A stretch of 64,000 nucleotides of DNA. Source: Candidatus Margulisiibacteriota bacterium (GTDB lineage: Bacteria > Margulisbacteria > Marinamargulisbacteria > JBFWNS01). Where the stretch lies: positions 67,130-131,129 of the forward strand of contig JBFWNS010000002.1 in the NCBI GenBank assembly GCA_050250935.1. Reading direction: 5' to 3'. The notes beneath the pieces were generated by a model that saw only the letters and a program-made list of their open reading frames with translations, ran no database searches and was not told where the DNA came from. Shown one piece after another: positions 48,121-55,849 of this stretch (its first letter is position 1; the number at the start of each line of letters is the position of its first letter). Position numbers and translations under genes: made by a program.

Positions 48121-48476
48121 AACTCTAGCCTAGGCCTCAAGACAATGGCTAGATTTTGGATAAGCTTGTCTTTGGAGTCTGAATCCAAAACACCCAAATA
48201 AGAAACAAACCGTTTGTTATCAATCGCCCTAATTTGATCCACCAAAATATCCGATTTTTTGTTGATTTGAACCCGATCAGGATCTAGATGAACCCGAAGC
48301 AAGGATGCCTTTTCATGGATCTGGGTTGAAATGGGACACACAAGGGTACTGGGATGCCCCACATCGTTGAGTAAATCCGTTTGTACCACCACCACTGGTC
48401 TTGTCTTACCCGGCTCTGTCCCAAACCGAGGGCTTAAATCTGCCAAATACAGATGAAATTGTTTAATCTCAAGCAC
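48117..48476 (-). CDS. mazF: Type II toxin, PemK/MazF family endoribonuclease
   Basis: YLADLSPRFGTEPGKTRPVVVVQ...VCPIST...DQIRAIDNKRF; GTG start at 48476. Confidence 0.9.
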   Translation of the reverse strand: MLEIKQFHLYLADLSPRFGTEPGKTRPVVVVQTDLLNDVGHPSTLVCPISTQIHEKASLLRVHLDPDRVQINKKSDILVDQIRAIDNKRFVSYLGVLDSDSKDKLIQNLAIVLRPRLEF

Positions 48477-48478
48477 CG

Positions 48479-48706
48479 TTACTCTTCTAAAGCCTCGAAT
48501 TCTTTCAACACTTCCATGGATTGGCGGCCTACCCATTTTGACTCTCGAGACAGTTGCTTTTTGAGCAATTTCTCTTGGTTGATATGGTTGTAATAAGACA
48601 CCGCCTCGTTAATATAGGCATTTCGAGACAGATGCAAGTGATGCGTAATTTCTTCGGTTTGTTTCAAAATATCTGGGGCTAGTTTTAATGAAATGGAAAA
48701 CGCCAT
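48479..48706 (-). CDS. Ribbon-helix-helix antitoxin
   Basis: ISLKL...SRNAYINEAV RHH pattern with an acidic C-terminus, directly upstream of the toxin. Confidence 0.82.
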   Translation of the reverse strand: MAFSISLKLAPDILKQTEEITHHLHLSRNAYINEAVSYYNHINQEKLLKKQLSRESKWVGRQSMEVLKEFEALEE

Positions 48707-48783
48707 GAAAATCACATCCTTTTAAGATATGCTTTTATGATATCAGATTAGACTGTAAAAGAACACCATCAGGACAATCCTGC

Positions 48784-50073
48784 CTATTTCGCGACCACTG
48801 TCCCCATCATCCCCTTGTCCGAAACCGATTCCAGCTTGACGGGCAGCAGTTGGTTCGACAGCGCCTCGCTTGAATCGACAAACACCCGAATGTAGTGGTC
48901 GGTCAGGCCGGTCCACAGCCCATTTTTTTGTTGTTCGAACAAGACCCACTCGGTTTTGCCCAGTTGGCGGGTCATGAAGGCTTGTCGCTTTTGGTCGCTG
49001 AGGTGCCGAAGGGTTTCGCTGCGGCGATGAATGATGTCGGCTGGAACCTGATCGGCCAGCTTGCTGCTTCGGGCCAGTTTTCGCTCGGAATAGCTGAACA
49101 CATGGAAATAATCGAGGGGCAGCCGCTTAAGGGTTTCGACGGTTTCGGCGAAGAGGTCGTCGGTTTCGCCGGGAAAGCCCACAATCACATCGGTGCCGAT
49201 GCAGCCTTCGGGCATTTCGGCGTGAATGTCGTTCAAAATGGCTTCGAATTCGGCAACGCTATAGTGGCGGCTCATGGCCTTCAAAATGGTATCGGACCCG
49301 CTTTGTAGGGGCACGTGGGCATAGCGACACAGTTTGGTTTTGCCCTGCCCTAGCCCCTGGATAACGGCTTTCGGAATGGTGGTAGGCTCAATGGACGAAA
49401 TGCGAATTCTGGCGATACCAGGCTCTGCGGCAATGCCTTGGATCACATCGGTGACGCTGTAGGCCCCATCTTGATAGGTGCCCAGGTTGATTCCGGTTAG
49501 CACCACTTCTTTGTGGCCATGTTCGGCCAACACCTTCACTTCTTTTAAGATATCGTCGAACTGGCGGCTTCTGGCCGGCCCGCGGGCAAAAGGAATCACA
49601 CAAAACGAGCAATAAAAATCGCAACCATCTTGAATTTTAATGTTGGCCCGGGTGTGGTGGGCATGAATGCCTGGGGTTTCTTGGGTAAAGGTCTCGCGCT
49701 TGATTTTACTAACCAAAAGTTGAGGCGTTTCACTGGGGCGCTCGAAAATGTCGGGAAGACGCATTTTATCGGTGTTCCCCACCACCCAACGAACACCAGG
49801 CAATTGCAACAAAACCTCTTTAAGAACCTGGGCTTGGCATCCCACCAAAGCAATTTTGGCTTCGGGATTTTGCCGGTTGATTTTATTGACCAAGCGCCGA
49901 GTATCCGCATCGCCGTTTTCGGTGACAGTGCAAGTGTTGACCACCACAATATCAGCTGGCTTGGCAAAGGGAACGACGGTATACCCCCGGTGCAAAAAGC
50001 TTTGCTCCAAAACCGATGTCTCGGCCTGATTCAACCGGCATCCTTGGTTATAAAATGAAATGGTTTGGGTCAT
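48784..50073 (-). CDS. mtaB: tRNA t6A37 methylthiotransferase MtaB
   Basis: GCRLNQAE, VNTCTVT, KIQDGCDFYCSFC (radical SAM), RISSIEP, HVFSYSER. Confidence 0.93.
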   Translation of the reverse strand: MTQTISFYNQGCRLNQAETSVLEQSFLHRGYTVVPFAKPADIVVVNTCTVTENGDADTRRLVNKINRQNPEAKIALVGCQAQVLKEVLLQLPGVRWVVGNTDKMRLPDIFERPSETPQLLVSKIKRETFTQETPGIHAHHTRANIKIQDGCDFYCSFCVIPFARGPARSRQFDDILKEVKVLAEHGHKEVVLTGINLGTYQDGAYSVTDVIQGIAAEPGIARIRISSIEPTTIPKAVIQGLGQGKTKLCRYAHVPLQSGSDTILKAMSRHYSVAEFEAILNDIHAEMPEGCIGTDVIVGFPGETDDLFAETVETLKRLPLDYFHVFSYSERKLARSSKLADQVPADIIHRRSETLRHLSDQKRQAFMTRQLGKTEWVLFEQQKNGLWTGLTDHYIRVFVDSSEALSNQLLPVKLESVSDKGMMGTVVAK

Positions 50074-50702
50074 AGGGTGATTTTTCGACGCAGGATATCC
50101 GAGGGTTTTGCCCCTCTGAAAAACGGATTGGTTCGTTTTTGATTGCCCAGCGTATCCGTTTTTTTGACATTATACTTGTGGCCTGGATAAACCACCAAAT
50201 CGTCTGGCAAGCGCAACAACTTATTAAAACTTTCAAACAAGGTCGCTTCGTCCCCGCCTTGCAAATCGCAACGTCCCGCCGCACCAATAAACAAGGTATC
50301 GCCAGAGATCAAGTTATTTTCAATCCAAAAACACACGCAGCCAGGGGTGTGGCCGGGGGTGTGAATCACCTTAAAGGCCGATTCGCCTAGGGGAATGGTA
50401 TCGCCGTCTTTTAGGTCTATAAGTGGACAATTGGGCCGATAAACCTCGATTTCGTGTTCGGACAAATAAACCGGAACCGGGATCTCTTTAAGCAAACCCG
50501 GCAACCCATTCACGTGGTCGTAGTGGCCGTGGGTCAGCAAGACTTTGGATAAGATCAGTGCTTCGTCTTGGATAAACTGTAAAATGGCCGGCACGTCCCA
50601 AGCAGGATCGATAACAACCGCCTCTTTGGTAATGCTGTCCCAAACCACATAGATATTATTTTCCATGGGTCCAAGTTCGAGTTGTTTGATGATGATGCTC
50701 AC
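50070..50702 (-). CDS. MBL-fold metallo-hydrolase (glyoxalase II-like)
   Basis: THGHYDHV, HTPGHTPG, GDTLF, YPGH; GTG start after AAGGAG. Confidence 0.9.
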   Translation of the reverse strand: MSIIIKQLELGPMENNIYVVWDSITKEAVVIDPAWDVPAILQFIQDEALILSKVLLTHGHYDHVNGLPGLLKEIPVPVYLSEHEIEVYRPNCPLIDLKDGDTIPLGESAFKVIHTPGHTPGCVCFWIENNLISGDTLFIGAAGRCDLQGGDEATLFESFNKLLRLPDDLVVYPGHKYNVKKTDTLGNQKRTNPFFRGAKPSDILRRKITL

Positions 50703-50797
50703 GGGTAGGCTCCTTGAAAAAACGAGGGTGGATGTGTACACTTTTTTTAGTGGTGCACCGGAACGGAGAAACCGGCGCTTTTTTTGGGCTTAGCTAC

Positions 50798-50890
50798 TTA
50801 CCTGCCAAGATAGAGTGCTAAGCCCAGGTTACTCATCACAAGACAAAAAATCAAAAATTCTTCGACTGTGAACTCAAACCCTATTTTCAC
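50798..50890 (-). CDS. 30-aa hydrophobic peptide, candidate type I toxin
   Basis: Manual translation from GTG: MKIGFEFTVEEFLIFCLVMSNLGLALYLGR*. Very strong SD AGGAGGGGGGTGA, with flanking hairpins. Confidence 0.6.
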   Translation of the reverse strand: MKIGFEFTVEEFLIFCLVMSNLGLALYLGR

Positions 50891-51006
50891 ACTAATCACC
50901 CCCCTCCTACATCCAAAGATATGTCGGGGGATTGGCATTCAATAGCTCCGTTTTGATTGAGTATAACTTAGGGATCTCCTTTTTAAAATATCCAGGTTTT
51001 TTTATT

Positions 51007-51615
51007 TTATTTGCTTTGTTTTTCGAATACCCCACTGTGTCCAGTTCGGCCACCGAGGGTGCTGTAGTGTTGCCAGTTGGTTTTGTAATAACTTTCCCAA
51101 AATTCTGGCTCTTGGACAGGGGCAAAATCGGGGTGATGGTTCAGGGTTTCGGCCATGGCCTCCCAAAGCGGTTCCACATCGGTGGACACATAGAGCCTGG
51201 CATTGGGTTTGAGTTTGGGGGAAATCAGGTCCAAAAACCCGGGATTAATCACCCGCCGCTTGTGATGCCTTTTTTTAAACCAGGGATCGGGATGGAACAC
51301 AAACACCTTCGAGACTGATGCCTCTGGAATTAAGTCGGCAAACACCCGTTCTGCGGTGGAATAAATTAAATGCACATTGCAAATGTCCGCTTCAGTCAAC
51401 CGCTTTTGCACGTTTGTAACGACTTGTTCGCGGATATCCATGGCCACAAAACAGGCTTCGGGATGGGCTTCGGCATAGGTTTGAATGAAAGTTCCCAACC
51501 CAAAACCCACCTCGACTTGCAGGTCTCCAGAAAAAGTTGGAAAAACTCGGTCCCATTCTCGTGGCTCCAGCTTGTGAATAAAATGAAAAGGATTGGCGTG
51601 GGTTCGAATTCTCAT
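51007..51615 (-). CDS. trmB: tRNA (guanine-N7)-methyltransferase
   Basis: MRIRTHANP, EVGFGLG, FHPDPWFKKRHHKRR, STDV. Confidence 0.93.
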   Translation of the reverse strand: MRIRTHANPFHFIHKLEPREWDRVFPTFSGDLQVEVGFGLGTFIQTYAEAHPEACFVAMDIREQVVTNVQKRLTEADICNVHLIYSTAERVFADLIPEASVSKVFVFHPDPWFKKRHHKRRVINPGFLDLISPKLKPNARLYVSTDVEPLWEAMAETLNHHPDFAPVQEPEFWESYYKTNWQHYSTLGGRTGHSGVFEKQSK

Positions 51616-51619
51616 GGGA

Positions 51620-52342
51620 TTATCGGGTATGCTTTGAAATAAAGGCGTGGATGTCTTCCATAAAGATGTTGTCGGCGCTGAAAAACCAGGCCCGATCCGC
51701 ATCGTATTCTTTTAAGCGCATTTCTTGGTGAGATTGATTTAGGACTCGGTACATAAATTTGGCCATTCTGACCTTCCAGGTCTTGTCGTTGGTGGCCATG
51801 ACAAACAAAATGGGCGTGTTGACCTTGGGCGCATCCCGAAGCACCTGGGCCAAAGACAATTTTCCAGAATCGTGAATCGATTCGGGAGCCACAAAACACA
51901 GGCTGCGAATCTCGGGATAATCGGGCAAGCACAGCAGGGACATAAAGGCCCCTTCCGCCACCCCAACCAGGTGAATGTTGTCGGCCCGAAGCTCGGGCTG
52001 GGTTTTGCAGTACACAATGGATCCTTTGATGGCGCTGAGTTTTCGGTACCGTTCCAAGGGGATGATCACGGCATAACCCCATTGGCTCATTTCGGTCATG
52101 ATGGTATCCAGATCGTAGCCCCGTCGGGCTGCCAAGACGGGACCTGCCCAATCGTAGTATTGGTCGTAGTTGTAGATGATAACGGGGAAAGGACCATTGC
52201 CATCTGGAATCAACACCTTGGCCTTAAAATTCCCCCCTTGGAACGAATAGCGAACATCGTGAATTTCGCCAGCCACTGCCAAGTGGGTCCAGATCATCAC
52301 CACCAAACAGCAGAGGGCAACGCAGCGTCGGCTATTGATCAA
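51620..52342 (-). CDS. Exported alpha/beta-hydrolase-fold protein (dienelactone hydrolase-like), nucleophile position is Ala
   Basis: PDGNGPFPVIIY, IHLVGVAEGA, PILFVMATND. Start uncertain (TTG 52342). Confidence 0.6.
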   Translation of the reverse strand: MINSRRCVALCCLVVMIWTHLAVAGEIHDVRYSFQGGNFKAKVLIPDGNGPFPVIIYNYDQYYDWAGPVLAARRGYDLDTIMTEMSQWGYAVIIPLERYRKLSAIKGSIVYCKTQPELRADNIHLVGVAEGAFMSLLCLPDYPEIRSLCFVAPESIHDSGKLSLAQVLRDAPKVNTPILFVMATNDKTWKVRMAKFMYRVLNQSHQEMRLKEYDADRAWFFSADNIFMEDIHAFISKHTR

Positions 52343-54170
52343 TGTGGCTTTTCCAATACGGTAAGGGCAAAGAGCCAATCCACATCAACAACAGTTGGCT
52401 AAACACAAAAAGAACCAACCACAAAAAGGCTTGCTCCATAAACCCATACGAATGGAGGCCTACCCCCAACATGTTCACCCCAAACCAGGAAAAACTGGTT
52501 ACAATGTTGCCAAAAATAGCCATCACCATCAGGCCACGGGGTTTAATGAGCCCAGCCAGGCGGGTGTGCAGAACCACCGCGCACCACAAGACAATCAGCA
52601 AAGCCCCATTTTCTTTGGGATCCCAGCCCCAGAATCGGCCCCAACTTTGGTCGGCCCAAATGCCGCCTAAAACCGTGCCAATAAAGCTGAATAACAGGGC
52701 AAAACACAGGGTTCCATAGACCATTCGAACCAAATTTTTCTGGGTTTCGGCATCCAAGGATTTGCTAAAGACGCCCCGCAGCACATACACGATGGCCAAA
52801 AATCCTGCCAAAAAGGTTGCGCTATACCCAATGGTTACTGTCACCACGTGGGTGGACAGCCAAAAATTGGAGTCGAGAACGGCTTGCATCATTTCGAGGG
52901 TGTCTCCCTGCAAAGACAAATGGTGGGCGATAATTAAGGTTAAAAAGCCCGTTAAAGCGGCGATTAGAGAGGGAATGCTGTTGCGGTAGAGTTTTTCCAA
53001 AATCAAGGCCATCACGATCACGGCCCAACCAATGAAGACTGCAGACGAATACAAATTGGTTACCGGAGGTCGGCCTTGAAACCACATGCGAAGCCCCAAG
53101 CCGATTGTATGGGCCAAAAAGGTGGTTCCCAAAATACCCGTGGCAATGGGCATGCACCACTCTGGCTTCACCATCCATCCTATAAAAATAATCAGAAAAG
53201 CCAGGGCATAAAGGGCAATGGCCACAATAAAGAGCATGGACGCGTTAAATTGCACTTCGCTTCGGATTTTGAACATAAACCAGGGTTGATCTTGCCCATA
53301 CTGATCCAACATCTGGTGCACAGCTCGGTTAAATGGTTCAGGCTGATTTTTCGAGTAGGCCGACAAGGCATTGCCATAGCCAATAATGGCGGGATTCAAG
53401 GGTGTTTTGCCATCCAAACACTTCAAAAAGGCAGTCCCCAAACTGGTCCACTGGCTGGGGTTGTTGATGGCGGTATGGGTTGGAACGGCCAAAAACAAAG
53501 CCGACCGATTTAGAAAATCAAATTTATGGAAAAACAAGGCCAAAATACCCACGGCATCGTGGTTGTCTTGAGCCGCTTTTAGGCCTTCTTTTTGAATTAA
53601 GGGCAGTGCTTCTTGTAGGGATTTTTGATAGCCCGCCACATCTTCGGACAAGGTACTCCCCTCGGCTTGGAGGGTATTTTTAAGCTTAAAATAGGTCATG
53701 GCTCTGTCATTTAGCAGTAAGATTTCGCGCTGAAAAGCCGTGCGATGGCGGGCATCCACAGCTTGGGCTTGTGTGGCCAAGTTTTCGAGCTGAGGGATAT
53801 AGGGTTTGAGATCGTTAAAGCTTAGGTATTTTTCCTGGCTCTGGGCCAAGCCCATCAAGCCCAAAACCTCGGGATTGGTTTCGTAAAACACCTTCACCTC
53901 ATCGGCTTTTTGAGGGTTGGTGATGGTCTCTAAGAACCACTGGGTGGGATTAACCGATTTTCCATCCCATTGAAGGGTTTGTTTGCCGTGTAAAACCAAC
54001 AAAGTGGTTCGGGCCACCGTATCCAAAGGCTTGATGCGACCTTGATGCAACACCGGCAAAGTCCCAAAGGCTTTTAAATCGAAGGGGGTTTTCTGGGGCG
54101 CAAAAAGCCCGGATATCAAGATTAACGCGGTAACAGCAGCAGAGCTCCAAGCCAGCAGACGGCGTTTCAT
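52332..54170 (-). CDS. ccsA: Cytochrome c biogenesis protein CcsA (system II)
   Basis: GRIKPLDT, RPPVTNLY, WLSTHV, WWD motif GGIWADQSWGRFWGWDPKE, GLHSY. Confidence 0.93.
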   Translation of the reverse strand: MKRRLLAWSSAAVTALILISGLFAPQKTPFDLKAFGTLPVLHQGRIKPLDTVARTTLLVLHGKQTLQWDGKSVNPTQWFLETITNPQKADEVKVFYETNPEVLGLMGLAQSQEKYLSFNDLKPYIPQLENLATQAQAVDARHRTAFQREILLLNDRAMTYFKLKNTLQAEGSTLSEDVAGYQKSLQEALPLIQKEGLKAAQDNHDAVGILALFFHKFDFLNRSALFLAVPTHTAINNPSQWTSLGTAFLKCLDGKTPLNPAIIGYGNALSAYSKNQPEPFNRAVHQMLDQYGQDQPWFMFKIRSEVQFNASMLFIVAIALYALAFLIIFIGWMVKPEWCMPIATGILGTTFLAHTIGLGLRMWFQGRPPVTNLYSSAVFIGWAVIVMALILEKLYRNSIPSLIAALTGFLTLIIAHHLSLQGDTLEMMQAVLDSNFWLSTHVVTVTIGYSATFLAGFLAIVYVLRGVFSKSLDAETQKNLVRMVYGTLCFALLFSFIGTVLGGIWADQSWGRFWGWDPKENGALLIVLWCAVVLHTRLAGLIKPRGLMVMAIFGNIVTSFSWFGVNMLGVGLHSYGFMEQAFLWLVLFVFSQLLLMWIGSLPLPYWKSHIDQ

Positions 54171-55312
54171 GACGATCTCCTTCGGCTCAAAAATCGGGTC
54201 AAGGAAAGTCCAAATTGGACCAATAATCCCAGGGCAATCAGGGAAGAAGACACATAGGGCAACAACCAGCCTTTGTTTTCCACCACTTGCAGAACCGTCA
54301 TGGTATCCCCTTTGCCAAAACTAGCCTGATAAAAGGTTTTGCCGGCATAGCGCAAGGGCGTGTTCATAAAAATCAGAACATCGCGGCGTTCATGGGTTTG
54401 GGGGTTGTTGAGGGTGATCAAGGACGAGAAATTTTTGGGAATGGTGGTGCCAGGATACACGTCGTGGCGAAAATCTTTCAGGGTCAGGCTATAGGGCAAA
54501 TAATAGCGGGCGGGACGCATCTGAAGCCGAATCGTTTGAGACCCAGCGGACACCGATTGCGCAGCACCCAGTCCCGTAGACACCAACCAGGTTCCCAGGG
54601 ATTGGCCTTGATACAGCACCTCTACCACCGCAGAAGTTAGGTTTCGCAGGTCATCGGCTGTGACTTCTGGGGCATTTTCAACCGCAATTTGCATGCCGAT
54701 GCCCCGGTTGACCCAAGGATTGGGTTGGGCGCCATCAGGCTTGGCCATGCTAAGGTTGGCGTTTGGAAAATAAGCTTTAATGCGAAGGGTAATGGGCATT
54801 TCGGGATTCGACAGGGTTTTTCCAGCGGCCAAAGCACTTTGGTCGAAGGCAATCACGGTTTCTTCGTTGCCCTTGGGAAGGCTGATCGCCAGCTCGGATT
54901 GTCGCAGGTCTTCGACGTAGTTTTTGGTTTGACCTTCCTCGATGGTCATTTGGGTTTCGTGGCTGGCCATGCTGACGTATCCGCTGCCGATGATCAAAAC
55001 AATCAGCCCCACGTGGGTCAGCCAGATGCCAGACTTTTGCCAGGTCCATTTAAACCGATAAAAATGGGCCACGATTAAATTAATCACCAACAACCAGCCA
55101 ATGAAAAAACCACTTGGGAAAATGGGCAGTCGAAACCCGCCCACAGACTGCATCACAAACCAGCCTTCAAAATAGGCTTTTTTGGCCGCATAAATACCCA
55201 TATCCACCTGAGACAGGGTTGTCACAAAAACCAAAATCATCAAACCAATCAAACAGGCAATGGTTAATTTCAAAGACGACAACGCCGACAACATTCGTTT
55301 AATGATCGACAT
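54167..55312 (-). CDS. Cytochrome c biogenesis protein ResB/CcsB-like
   Basis: LSSLKLTI, TM His (LTHVGL), YPGTTIPKNFSS, MNTPLRYAGKTFYQASF. Confidence 0.88.
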   Translation of the reverse strand: MSIIKRMLSALSSLKLTIACLIGLMILVFVTTLSQVDMGIYAAKKAYFEGWFVMQSVGGFRLPIFPSGFFIGWLLVINLIVAHFYRFKWTWQKSGIWLTHVGLIVLIIGSGYVSMASHETQMTIEEGQTKNYVEDLRQSELAISLPKGNEETVIAFDQSALAAGKTLSNPEMPITLRIKAYFPNANLSMAKPDGAQPNPWVNRGIGMQIAVENAPEVTADDLRNLTSAVVEVLYQGQSLGTWLVSTGLGAAQSVSAGSQTIRLQMRPARYYLPYSLTLKDFRHDVYPGTTIPKNFSSLITLNNPQTHERRDVLIFMNTPLRYAGKTFYQASFGKGDTMTVLQVVENKGWLLPYVSSSLIALGLLVQFGLSLTRFLSRRRSS

Positions 55313-55835
55313 GCATGCTCCCTAAAAACTGCATTAAATACGGTTTTTCTTGTTCGATAGAGGCAACATCGCCCGTTAATTTGACGAACCACATGCCTTG
55401 AGACGTTTGAATCATGGCCGCCAAAATGCGTTTGTCGCTTGATTTAAGATCGATTAGGTCCATTGGGATTCCCCCCAAGGTTTGGGGTTGAAGTCGTTTG
55501 CTAAGCTCGGCTTCAGAAATGGGGGCCAAATTCAACTGACCCAACCAGCGGTTGACGTTGGCCAGTTTTCCACCCGCATCGCCACCCAAAAAGACCACGG
55601 ATACATCGACGGGTTTCGGGCCATTTTTAGCCTCAAAACTGCCTTGCCTCATGCCATCGGATGGTTTTTCTTGCCAGCCTTTTGGCACAGTCCAATGACC
55701 GGCCGATGGGGCTTCTGCTTGGGCCATGGGCAGGGTTTGGGTTTCAACGGGAACATGATGATACACGCGAACCTGAGGCTTTGGCTGACACCCCAGCAGA
55801 ACACCAGACAGTAACACCAACAAACAAAGACGCAT
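55299..55835 (-). CDS. Conserved lipoprotein associated with ccsBA
   Basis: Lipobox LLG-C; WTVPKGW, GGKLANVNRWLGQL, WFVKLTG. Confidence 0.7.
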   Translation of the reverse strand: MRLCLLVLLSGVLLGCQPKPQVRVYHHVPVETQTLPMAQAEAPSAGHWTVPKGWQEKPSDGMRQGSFEAKNGPKPVDVSVVFLGGDAGGKLANVNRWLGQLNLAPISEAELSKRLQPQTLGGIPMDLIDLKSSDKRILAAMIQTSQGMWFVKLTGDVASIEQEKPYLMQFLGSMHVDH

Positions 55836-55849
55836 GGGAAACTCCAGGT

